From the NCBI GenBank assembly GCA_008632985.1, contig QPGO01000008.1, forward strand, positions 352,979 through 416,978: DNA of 64,000 nucleotides, read 5' to 3'. Shown here piece by piece: positions 11,480-22,987 of the stretch. The first letter of the stretch is position 1. The number at the start of each line of letters is the position of its first letter. Source of the DNA: Psammoneis japonica (lineage: Eukaryota). The notes under the pieces are model-generated. The model had not been told where the DNA came from. It saw nothing but the letters and a program-made list of their open reading frames with translations, and ran no database searches. The position numbers and the translations under genes are program-made.

Positions 11480-12600
11480 AGAAATGCACCCAATGTGGGA
11501 TTTCTTGATTTGCTGCATTGGAGCAAATGGCAGTGAGGCCACAGCATCTTTTGGATGTTGGCAAAGAGTGCTGCCACAGCAGCAGCAACTCTGTCTTCAG
11601 CAACAGCCTCAAGCCAGAATTTCTGCACTTTTTACTGACACAAATGTTGGTGCTGAAACCCACTTGATGGCACTTGCAAGAAATCCACACTGGTGCAAAC
11701 ACAACACAGCTGCACATGCTGTGCTGGCTGTTGTTCATTTTCTGGTGCTGTGCCGGAGTCACAGACCAAAACAAGGTGTCCCCAACCCTTGTTTGTGCAT
11801 TTGGCATTTTCACAAACTCTAAAGCATTGGCTTCAACTGGGCCACAATGTGTCATTGTGCAACTCTTGCTGTGCAGCCACTTGCCCACTCAACTTTTTTC
11901 CACCTGCATCCAGTGTGGCAAAGATGGAGAGCAGGGGGCAACAACACCACACTGTTGCAATGATGTTTTGCCTCAGCAGCTTGCACGCACACTGTTGTGC
12001 TCCCAAGAATCAGAGAATTTGAGGTGACTTCATGCTGTCATCTTCATCTGCAAGCAGCAATGACAGTGCAAATGAAGCCATGCCAACAATGGATTTCTTC
12101 CTCCCAAAGCAAGCAGGAGAAAAGAGCCCAAGTGTGGTTGGCATTGAGACAGACAGACAAGCCGGCAAAAAAATCAGAGCCAGTCAGTCCTGCTGCCTGT
12201 GACATGCTGTCAACGAGTTGTTGCATTGAGTGCTTGTGATGTGTGTGGCTTTCTTTTCAACTCTGGCAACAAAAAACATGCAACTGCATTTGAAAGAGTG
12301 CCAGAAGCAAGAGTGCAGTTCTTTGCAGCATGGAAGACAACCACAGTGGGTTGGACAGACATGGACACTTGGTGCCGCTAGACTCTGCACTTTGGCTCAC
12401 ACCATTGGCTTGAGCACCGCATGGTCCTGGCAGTGTGCAGGGCAATGGGTGAAACAGGTGGATGAGCTTGAGGACCTGGTTGCCTTGCACAAAGATGTGT
12501 TGTTTCACCTTGCAATTCTCACAGGCTGCATGGCACTGCACTCCCTTTGCCTGTGCATCATTTTGGCATGAACATCTGAGCCTTTGTCAGCTTTTTTCAG
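11480..12600 (+). pseudogene. Heavily decayed transposase relic, possibly Plavaka (CACTA-like) family
   Basis: Frame-broken fragments QARISALFTDTNV, EIHTG and LLFIFW..GVTDQNK..TLVCAFGIFTNSKA recall Plavaka motifs (recognised from memory only). Limits approximate. Confidence 0.35.
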
Positions 12601-12739
12601 ATGCTGCTGACTTTGGATGGAATTTCTTTTTTGCTCAGACAGGAAGAACACATCAGCGGCAGGCTGCCTCTGGTGCAGAACATCTCTTCACCAAACACAG
12701 CAATTTTCTCATTTGGGAAATCTGTGCTGAGAGTTGAGC

Positions 12740-13910
12740 AAACATTGGCTGTCTCATTGAGAGAAATGATTTTGACAGATTGTCACACTGCCACAGGTGC
12801 CCAGCTTGCAAGGGAAATGAAAAATGCAGAGACAACAGCAGCACTGGGTTGGGCAAACAAAAGCTCATGCCCTGTGAGCAGCGCATCAATGCCACACCAC
12901 CTTTGCAGGTTTTCTTGACCCACTGACAACTGCTGGAAGGCAAGGCATGCTGCAAAGCTTGACATCATGGCACTGCAATGACAGGCACATTTTGAGGTTT
13001 GTGGAAGACATTTTCAAAGAGAAGCCCAGAAGCATGCAGAAAGCAGTGTTCTGGAGCTTGGTGATGCAAAAAAAAGCAGCAAATGAGTCTCCTTCAGGGA
13101 CCACAATTTTGCCTGTTGCAGCTTCCAGGGAGTGTGTGCACTGAAGATGTTGCAACTTGCTTCAAAAACAGGTGCAAAGCAATTGCAGGCATCACAGCAG
13201 TGGTTCCACACATTTCCTGATTTTTCAACATCACCATGCATCACCTCTTGACATTTCATTGAGAATCAACCAACCGTGGCTCCAAAGCATGTGGCGCTGG
13301 GATGGAAATCTAGCAAATGTGCTCTGGGAATGTTGACCATCTTGTCATGGCAAATGATTTGACACATTGTTGTGCTGCCATGGGTGGCCAGCTTTCCAGG
13401 AAAACAAAACTTGTGAAAATGATGTGGATGCCAGTGGGGTGGGAAATGAAAGCTCACACCCTGCATGCAAGCAACATGTCCATGCACAGTTTCTTGCAGG
13501 TTTTCTTGACCTGCTGACAACAGCTTGAAGGCTGGACATGCTGTGGAGCTTGGCAGTGTGATGCTGCCACAACAAACACCTTTTGGCTTTTGCAGAAGTT
13601 GTCTCTAAAGTTCAAAGAAGCATGTGAAAGCAACATCCTGGTGTGCTCAGTGTCGTGGGGAAATTGGCAAATGAATCTCCTTGAAAAAACCCATGGCTTT
13701 GCCCACTGCAGTTTCTGGTTTGTGCACAGAACATGTTGCATCTCATTCCAAGAACATTCAAGGCCATTGCAGGTGCCATTGCCTGCCCCTGCATGTTCTG
13801 ATTTTTCCACATTGCCAGGTGGCACTGCTTGACGTTTCATTGAGAGTTGCCCGACCATGGCTTCAAAATGTGATGGAACAGAAATCTGACTCATGTGCTC
13901 TGGGAACACA
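12740..13910. repeat. Diverged tandem duplication, period ~590 bp
   Basis: Anchor caggttttcttgacc..ctgacaac at ~12906 and ~13497; tttttc.aca and gtgctctgggaa also recur at a similar offset. Confidence 0.65.
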
Positions 13911-14179
13911 TCTCCGTGCTGCCACAGAAAGCAAGGATGCCATGGGCTCCAGCCTCTTTGCTCTGGCTTTGCTTTTTTTTGGCTCTTTCAGAGACCACCA
14001 AAAATGGCAACTGCCATCTCAGATGAAGTGACATGGCAAAAGATCAACTCCACCCTCAACACCATTTGCCACACCCTCTGACATCTGGAACAGCACATGG
14101 CAAACCCTTTGAATGAATCTTGATTGACTTGCACACATGTTCTTCCAGCACAATCCAAAGAGATGAAAGACATTGAAGG

Positions 14180-15200
14180 TTGCAGAGCTGAGCAGAAGAC
14201 CACCCAGAGAATCACAAAGCTGCTGTGGTGAGCAATGAAACATTGAAGAATGTGACTTCTAAAGCCTCCACTCTGTTCTCACCTGCAAGATCCCTTGCCA
14301 AAAAGATTGGAAAGGTTGCTGGATGAAATTGTTGCATGAGCGCAGTGTGCAAAAGCTTTGATTTGGGCACCCAACTGAAAGACCTGACAAGAGGGGAGCA
14401 AAAGGAAAACTCTCAACTTGCAAGAAATCCAAAAACTGGAGGGTTGCACTTCCGTGATGCAGCTGCATTGGGTTTGAGGATGAAGAACTGTCAAAAAACA
14501 GAAACAAGAGACCACCCCAAATCACACAGTTGCTGCAGTGAGACGAAAGACATGAAAGGTCACAGAGCTGAGAAACAGACACAGAAGACCACCCAGGATC
14601 ATAAAGTTGCTGTGGTGCACAATTGGATGTTGCAGAGTGTGACTTCCAAAGCCTCCATTTTGTTCTCACCCATGAGATCCCCAGCTAAAAAGATTGGAGA
14701 GGTTGCTGGGTGAAATTGTTGCATGAGGAAGGCATGCAGAAGCTTTCAATTTGGGCACCCAACTGAACGACCTGACAAGAGGGGAGCAAAAGGGAAACTC
14801 TTGACTTGCAAGAAATCCAAAAACTGAAAGGTTGCACTCCCTTGATGCAGCTGTGTTGGGTTTGACGATGAAGAGCTGTCAAGAAACAGACACAGGAAAC
14901 CACCCTGAATGATCACACAGTTGCTGCAGCAAGCAATGAAATGTTGAAGAGCATGCAATGGCCTTCAAGGCCTCTGCACTGTTCTTGCCTGTAAGATCCC
15001 TGGCCAAAAAGATCAGTGGGACAGTTGAGTGAAATTTTTGCATGAGAGTGGTGCGTGGAAGCTTTCAATCAGGGTGTCTGACTGGACAACCCAACAAGAG
15101 GGGAGCAAAAGGGAACTCTTGACATGCAAAAAACCCAAAACAAAATGACTGGACTCCCGTGATGCAGCTGCAGTGGGATCAAGGATGAAAAGAGTGCTTC
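14180..15200. repeat. Three diverged ~320-390 bp units
   Basis: Anchor caagaggggagcaaaagg at ~14388, ~14777 and ~15095, with shared flanking blocks. Confidence 0.8.
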
Positions 15201-15504
15201 TTGTGTGGACAGTTGCAGAAAAAGCACAGCACTTGACAGAGCAGATGGACTCCTCCAGTCCATGGGATGTTGCTGGGTGCCAAGAACACACCACAGAAAA
15301 TGAGGCACATCACTTGGCCAAGGCCAAAAGGCAAATTGACAGGACCTCACTGGGTGGTCAACTCAGGACAGCTGATGGGCTGATTGAAGACACTGCAGAA
15401 GGCTCCTGAAAAAGCACATCCCTTGGCTTTGCGGACAATCAAGGCAGTGGGCATTGCCAGGTGTCAATTGCAGGACATCTGATCAGCTTGTCAATGGTGC
15501 CACA

Positions 15505-16350
15505 GAGCTCAAGGTGCAGCCAATGAAAAGGGATTGCAAAAAATGCTGTGTCCAAGTGTGGACATTCCCTTGGCTCTCTCTGTGGAAGTGGCTGATGTCA
15601 GTGATGGAGTTGGATCGGATTCGGATTTGGCGCAGCAGTCGCAGGACTTGGACTTGCACTCAGTGCAGCAGCAGGAAAGGTGGAGCAGGTGGGCCAAGCT
15701 GATTTGGAAATGAGGAGCAGGGAATGGTGTTGGGTTGCTTGTGTGGCAGGATTGGGCTTGGTGCAATGTCGTCAGATCCAACCAATGAACCCTCATCAAT
15801 CACAAGGGTTGCTGTGTGGTGCAAGAGAGCTCAAGGTGCAGCCAACGAAAAGGGATTGCTAAAAAATGCTACGTCCAAGTGCGGACATTCCCTTGGCTCT
15901 CTTTGTCCCAAGCAGAACTGGCCAATGTCAGTGATGGAGTTGGATCGGATTCGGATTCAGCGCAACAGTGGGAGCACTTTGATTCGGACTTGGCGCAGTG
16001 GTGCAAGAGGCAGAGCAGGTGGGCCAATGGCCGATTCGAAATTGGTGAGCAGGGGATGGTGTCGGATTGACTGTGCGGCAGGATCGGGCTTGGCACGCTG
16101 TCGTCATGTCCAACCAATGAACCCTCATCAAATTGAGGGTTGCTGTGTGGGACAAGAGAGCTCAAGGTGCAGCCAACGAAAAGGGATTGCTAAAAAAATG
16201 CTACGTCCAAGTGTGGACATTCCCTTGGCTCTCTCTGTCCCAAGCAGAAGTGATCGGATTCGGATTCGGTGTAGTAGTGGGAGGACTTGGATTCGGACTC
16301 AGTACAATAGTGCGAGAGGCGGAGCAGGTGGGCCAAGCCGATTCGGAATT
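15505..16350. repeat. Three tandem ~325-bp units (last one partial) at the edge of the TpA-depleted domain
   Basis: Anchor gagctcaaggtgcagccaa at ~15505, ~15827 and ~16158. Confidence 0.9.
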
Positions 16351-16549
16351 GATGTAGGATAAAGTGTAGATACTTTTTTGGGCCCCAGGGTTGACGGAGC
16401 CATTGGATCGGGGTAGTTTTAGGCGACGGGGTCCCTTTCAAACTTTGACAACGACAACAAGAGCAAAACACGCGTCAGTCTTTACCAAAAACTTCCCTTT
16501 TTTATACTCACAAATTTGGAATTTACGTACATCGATCGAGTGTGCAGTT

Positions 16550-16870
16550 ATTGGCTACAACGGAGCTGCATTTGGACTAGAGCTCGGCGCTGGGCTGCTA
16601 CTTGGAGTCGTACTGGGCGTGTCACTCGAGCAGGACTACGACTCGGTTGTCGTGTCGTGTCGTGTGAGTCTGTACATCATTCTGAGCGGGACTCGCTCTC
16701 GGTGGATGGAAAGGCATTGGCGTTAGAGCACTGTGCTCCAAGCTGGGAGCAGGGCTTGTACTCGGTGTTCTGTTTGGAGCTTCACTCGGAGCAGGACAGC
16801 TTGATGGATTGTCCATTGTCGACAACTACAATCGCACGGATATCGCCGCCTATCATTGTGTTGGCGAAGT
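16550..16870 (-). pseudogene. Fragment encoding Pro/Ser-rich PSxxPS repeats typical of diatom secreted proteins
   Basis: PSEAPNRTPSTSPAPS and DTPSTTPSSSPAPSSSP lie in different frames; no clean gene model. Confidence 0.3.
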
Positions 16871-18333
16871 TCTGAGCAGTTTCAGTTTTGGTTCTTGAAA
16901 ACTGGCTCGCTCGCCGAAAAAAGAGAAACAGCGATGCGCTGCGAAACTTATTCAGCACTGTATGTACAGAAGAGAACATAGCACAGGATCACTGATGAAA
17001 TAATATATATAGATGTTTAAATGTAAATTTACTTTTCGTATCTATCATATTTAATGAAATATAAATTATTTTGCTCTAGAATATATACATAAGTATTAGT
17101 TTTCAAAGAGCCCGCTGTCTCGGATCTGGAAGCCCGGAAGCCACTCGATTTCGAAGCTCTCAAATAGAAAATGGCTGGCTGCTGGCTGGGTCGCCTGTCG
17201 CCTGCCTCCATGTCGCCTGTCGCCAACCGCCGACGATGGTGACCTTGAGCAAGTAATCGTTTGCTCCAAACCTTCATTAGCTTTCGTACACCCACTGCAC
17301 TTTGTTTCGCGTGCTATGTGGAATTCAGCCTCACGCTCTTGAATCAAAATTTTTGCCTTTTCGTTTCTATTCCCACAATGATATGATGTTGCCGGGCTGG
17401 CAATGGCAACTAGCGTGCAAAAATAATGACCCTCGTCGTGCCGACAGCCGACAGTATATTGTGACAACGACCATCAAATTGGTGCTTATGTCTAGTCTGG
17501 TCTGCTCCATGGGCAATGCGGTGCTGTAGATGGCTAGAGTTGTCGTGGTGAATTCGTCTTGGACGCTTGAACTCACAATATTTCCGTGGCGGACGTTGCA
17601 ACGAGACTACACATTGTCTATCCACCATGTTTCGTGAAGGGTTATCAAGACCAGGGTGGAGACTGGAGTTCATCGTTGTGTTTGTGGAAATAAGAATGCC
17701 AAGTTGGTTCTTTTGCTGTCAGTTGTCGTGAGGACGGTGAGGAGGAACAGAGCGTTGAAAGACGTGGGACGTGGCCAGTCACTTGACCTTTGCCGATTCC
17801 ATTTACATTTGTTCTCAGCCGGCCATACTAAGGAGGCTAACACAAACAGAGCGAAGGTACGAATGATATTATTGAACAAGGGGGGAGATAGATTTCAACC
17901 AAAGCAAGTGGTTTGCTGTTCTGGGTGTTCGCTTGTTGTTTCGTAAGGTTTTCACTCGTACGCAGCTATGCTCACAAACTGTACTTATAGCTCAAATCTT
18001 TTCTCGTTTCAGAATAGATACTTTCCCAAAAATAATGGCGCTCTACTTACACGCATTCAATTTTGCACGCAACGCCTTCTCGTGATGTCATTTTTGTGAT
18101 CTAAATTGGCTATTTTGTGGTGCCCGCTTTTAGCTACGGTACCGTACAGTGGTTTGCTCAACTACGACGTCCGACCAGCAAAAAGATGGCGCTGCTTTGC
18201 TCCTCCTGTTGCTCTAGATTCTTCTCTAGCTAGAGCTAGCTAGTCAAAATACCGGTATAATTTATACTTTCCAATTTATTTTCTTGTGTAGTGAAAACGG
18301 TGTCGTTGCAATAGTCGTAGGATTCGAACACAT

Positions 18334-21300
18334 CTATTCGGTCGAAGCAGCCATTTCTGAGAGCCTCTTTTCTTCCTCCCTCTTCGCCTGTTTGGCCTCT
18401 TTCCTTCTCTTTTTGTTTCTTGCGCGTCTCTGTCTCCTGTTTTGTTTTATCCGTTCTTGTTGTTCATCTAAGGGTTCTTGTCTCTTGAGTACATATGAAG
18501 CTGTGTCGTCCTCCTCCATTGGACTTGCTCCCACGGTCGGTTCCACTTGTCTTAAAACCTTGTTGGCATCTGAAGAAGTGTCTTCCTTATCTTTTTGACT
18601 TAATGCCGCTGTCGGATCCACTTTCCTTTTGATCTTGAATATGCTGTCGATGATATTTCGCTGATCAAATAACGTCCAAAAGATCTCTCTGGCTGTCTGT
18701 TTCGCGTTGTCGTCTCGGCGATTCAACAACTCCCGATCCCTTTCATCAAGCTTGACATAGGTAAGACGAGGCTGAGTGTCCATAAGGATGCCATTCTCTG
18801 CAAAATATGCCACTGCGTGTTTGACTTTCCTGCCAACCTCGTCCCAAAAATCAATGATCACAAGATACACGCCCTCTCCTTTTAGAAGCAATTCCAGTTT
18901 ACTTTGGTTTTCGTTGTGGCGTAACTTTTGCGCTTCGAATCCTTTACTCTCAAAAAACGGTATGAATTTCTTGGCCGATACCCATTCGCGTCTTGGAGCT
19001 AATTCGTTTCGAATCGCCAGCTTAGAAATATCTTGTTTCGCTCTCTCCTTTTTGTCCGGAATCATGCGCTTCAGAATACGAAATGAAGTGTCCGGAATGC
19101 AATATCCGACCGGCACGCGCCTTTTGTCGTAACAAAATCCGTGTTCTTTAGCCTCGGCTAGGGGCATAATTCTAGCACCCACAACCGCGTTATTTCTTCT
19201 GTTCACACGTTCTTTTCTCGACGGTTTGGCAGTTTCCTTGACAGGAGCAACTACCTCAGAGTCCCCGGTCGCAGTAGCAGACGGATCCTCCAAGCGTACG
19301 CCGCTCAAGTCACCAATTGTAGCTGTTTCGGTATCCTCAGTAGAGACATTGGAGGCTCCTGCCTCGGCGGCAGAGTAGCCCACAGTGCTAGCTCCGCGGT
19401 CGCCAACTGTCGTGCAGTATCCGGGCGCATTGACTTCTCCTTCCTCTTCTTCATCAGAGTCATAGAGAAACCGCTGCGATTTATCGTCACCAGAAGATTC
19501 ATTGCCTATGTCTGTATTCAGCAAATGATCTGAAACTGATTTGCAGCAGATTGCGTCAACAACAATTACGGTCGTGCAAGTAGCAACAACACGAGATATT
19601 CTCTTACCTATAATTCGATTGCGTTTTCTTGCGGGACTTTCTCCGTTCAAGGAGGCCATTGCATCGGATATGTTTGCAGCTTGTGACGATCTAGAGGCAA
19701 CACTGTGCACTTGTATCGCTGATTCTGAAATGGCAGAATCTTTGGTGTTGGGCTTGCAGCGGTCATCGACTTCTTCGTTCCAATCCTCGCTCGGGTCTTG
19801 CGTTGGTAATGAGTCCGTGACGGTCACAGCGGTTTCATTTTGTGGACAACATTCACTGTTCTTGCCCTTCGGCATTTCCGAATCCAGGGTAAAAACTGAT
19901 TCTTTCGAAGAAATGTCTGAGAATTTGCTGGTTGGATCCATTGACCCATCGGAGGTAACGTTCTTAGTCGTTCTAGCGGGTGCCTTCGAAGCAAGGCCAC
20001 ACCCGTCGGACGCTCCTCCAATGAACGAGCTACAGGTACCTAATCCACTAGATTCACGGTCGCCGGCTTTCGCGAAAGGCGTGGGTGCCTTGGCCTGCTC
20101 CTCTCCCTCTTCATGGGAGATAACAAGCAGCCCTTTATTGTCGCAAGAAGATCCATTGTCTGCGTCTATTTGAAACAAAGGAGAAGGCACTGGCAAGGTA
20201 TGAAGGAGGTCGTGGCAACAACAATCAATTCGCACAGGCAGCAACAAAAAGCGAGTCGATTTTCTTACCTTGAACTTGGTCGCGGCTTCTTGCCGAACAT
20301 GGTCCCTGTAAGTTGGTCATCTCATCAGTTCCGTTCGCAACTTGGGGTACTCCAGAGGCAAGATTGCACACTCGTGTGACTGATGCGGCTATAACGGTGC
20401 TATCAACGACTTCTTTATTTGCTTCTTCTTCTCCCTTCACCTCGAACGAATCTGCATCGTACACACTCAATCGAGACATGGAACTGTCATTTCTTATAAG
20501 ATTTTTCCCCGTGTGGTCGTAGTCGTTTGCCGTATCTTCGGTTGGCTCTGCATTGTAATGGGAAAAAGGAGGTATGAAATGTTTGGTTGGCCCTTCCTTG
20601 TTGTGGGCAACAGGAAACTGACGCGGTGAAGCGGATGTCTTCTTGAGGGCGTCCCGTTCTTGTCCATCAGCAGTGGGCGTGCTTCCTATACCCATGGTTG
20701 CACCAATCAAAAAAGTGGCAGAAGGAGATTTCCCACTTCGCACTTCGGATCCACTGGCAACTTGAGTTGTGTCCTCCCTTGATGTTGATCCATTGGCGAC
20801 AACTTCCACTGTCGTAGCAGCCCGGGTGTTGATAGATGCGCCATCTACTAAAGGATAGCAGATTCAAGACAAAAATTGACAAGAATGAGCATTGGGTAAA
20901 GAAAAAACACAAGATGCAAACAAATCAAACCAATGTCTTACCGCGAACATTTGAAACAGTGTGCCCTGACAAGCCACTGTTTTCAGGACTCTTATTTGCA
21001 CCTAACATTGAATCTGCGGTGGCTGCAAAGACGTTTTCATTTGTGGCAGGTGTCGCTTTTGCGGAAGGACCACTCCGTTTGGAGCTGGATTTGTCGAGGC
21101 CAGCATCCACTGTCGACGCAGTGCGTACTCTATCAAGTGATGCGGAATTTGCTTTACTGCGGCTGGTAGACCTGACACCTCTGTTGGGCGGAGCTTTGGA
21201 CGAAATGCAGTTGACTTTGTTTTGTTCAGCTTCTTGGTTTTCCTTTTCGTTCGTCTCGCAAACACCCGGAATGGGATAGAGTGGCCGATGCGTTTTCTTC

Positions 21301-22214
21301 TTGGGTGGAGTGGCTGCAGAAGAAAATGTCCTTGTCCGAGTTGAATGGTTGCCAGAGGAAGCGCGGCGAAGGCTTTGATGATTCGTGCTATTGACAAGCA
21401 CCGGGCGGCCTCCAGTGCCCCCTTGCGTCTTGAATCTAGCTGGGCTGGTATCACGCTGATTCACAACACCAGACGCGTCCAAGACAACGGCACTCCCGGC
21501 TTTCGTGTCAGACGATAATCCGTTTGCCTCTAGAGCTCTGCTCGATTCCATAGTATTGCTCGAAGTTTGCTTGGGAGTGACTGCCGGTCTCGTATCGTTG
21601 ACAAAATAATGCCAGGCAGAAGGTGCCTTCGCTATTTCTAAATTCAAAAGAAAGAGATGAAGTCGATGAGAAGAAAGTGTCGTGATCGCGCTGGCAACAA
21701 AATGAAATGCGTGTCGCTTACCTTGATTTCGTTTTCGAATTTCATTACTGGGCCCTTGAAATGGTTTGAAATCGTTGCAAACTCGAGTCGTGGTCAGAGC
21801 TTTCGTTTCTTCTTCCGACAATCCAATCGGCCTCCTAACCAAGTAGGGTCGTTGAAGTGTCGCATTCCCGAGAATAGGCCCTAGGCTTTTATCAATCTCC
21901 GTCCACGTCAGATATTCTTGGTATTGGATAGTTTCAGCGCGGCCCGTCTCACGCGAGCTTTGGCGGGCGCGGAGGGGCTCTGAAGACCGTTTCGAGTCGA
22001 GCTCTCTTTGGTGATTCCTCACCCCGTTTGAATGATACTTTGGAGCTTTGTTCGCTTCATCAGATAACTTCCGTCGCTTAGACCAATTCCGATCCTTGTC
22101 TCGTTTTCCCCTCCTCCTTTTAGATATGTGCGAATCAAGAGTCAGTTTTTCGTAGAGAGGATTTGCCGACGGCGAATCTTCATCCGATGATGATGGTGCC
22201 GTGAATCTCGGCAT
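18334..22214 (-). CDS. Three-exon hypothetical protein (~1227 aa), mostly low-complexity, with a C-terminal globular domain carrying a possible Cys-His-Asp triad
   Basis: Exons 22214-20942, 20847-20269 and 20165-18334 join in frame across GTAAG..AG introns 20941-20848 and 20268-20166 (both phase 1). Normal TpA content. Confidence 0.7.
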
Positions 22215-22987
22215 ATTCAATTCGAACCGCTTCCAGCAGCTGCACAAGAGTTGGATAAGAAAACGAAGCTTGCATGTGAGAGGGAGACTTGATAGGGAGA
22301 AGTGCGAATGAACACAACAGTGATACAAAGCAATTGTTACCTTTTTCAAGCAGGCCAACGGTTTTTCGCGGCGATTTGGATTTGGAAAGCCGACGTTTCA
22401 AACGACGTCCTTTGATTTTGTTGCTTGACAAAGAGCTTCTCCCAACGTTGCTACAAGCAAGGCACGAGACGTGAGATAATGAATAAGGATACAAGACGCA
22501 AGGAAAACAAGAAGGGAAGGCGAAAGAGCAACACTCACCGATTGCAGGCAAGTCAACAACGATAACAACAAAGAACGCTATGAGACTTGATGTCAATGTT
22601 TGATGTTCAGTGCTGTGACTTCGAACTCTAGTTCGCGTGTTGAGTCGTCGTTGCAAATATCAAGTAAACGTACATTTGTCTGATGACGTCAGGGGTGACG
22701 TAGAAGGCATAAATAAGGCCGGCTATTCAGCAGTTCCTCTCAGCCAGATAGAAGAAGAAGAGAAAAGGAAAAGGAAGGAAAAAACATTGATGGTTTGAAA
22801 GGGTGCACTGCAGCACCGCAGTGCGCACAGTAATGAAGACGGACGCAGACAGGTGCAGATGCGCTGCGTGGAATTTGGTGCGAAGTTTCATGCGTTTGCG
22901 TGCGCAGAAGGATGTGGAGCGCCAATGGCTGGAATGAAGCAGCACACCACACAGCAGTCAGTGCAGCTCTGTCATCACGGCGCTAGA

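Noticed and set aside
302..16362. Many overlapping Cys/His/Gln-rich ORFs in all six frames (also 27.1-30 kb and 44-46 kb)
   Set aside because: Loss of TAA/TAG and excess TG/CA create long spurious frames; only those with recognisable motifs were kept.
16380..16450. G/C-run sequence resembling a transposon terminus
   Set aside because: No matching inverted copy found by eye in the window.
17029..17946. Short ORFs between the first domain and the large gene
   Set aside because: No motifs and no consistent gene model.
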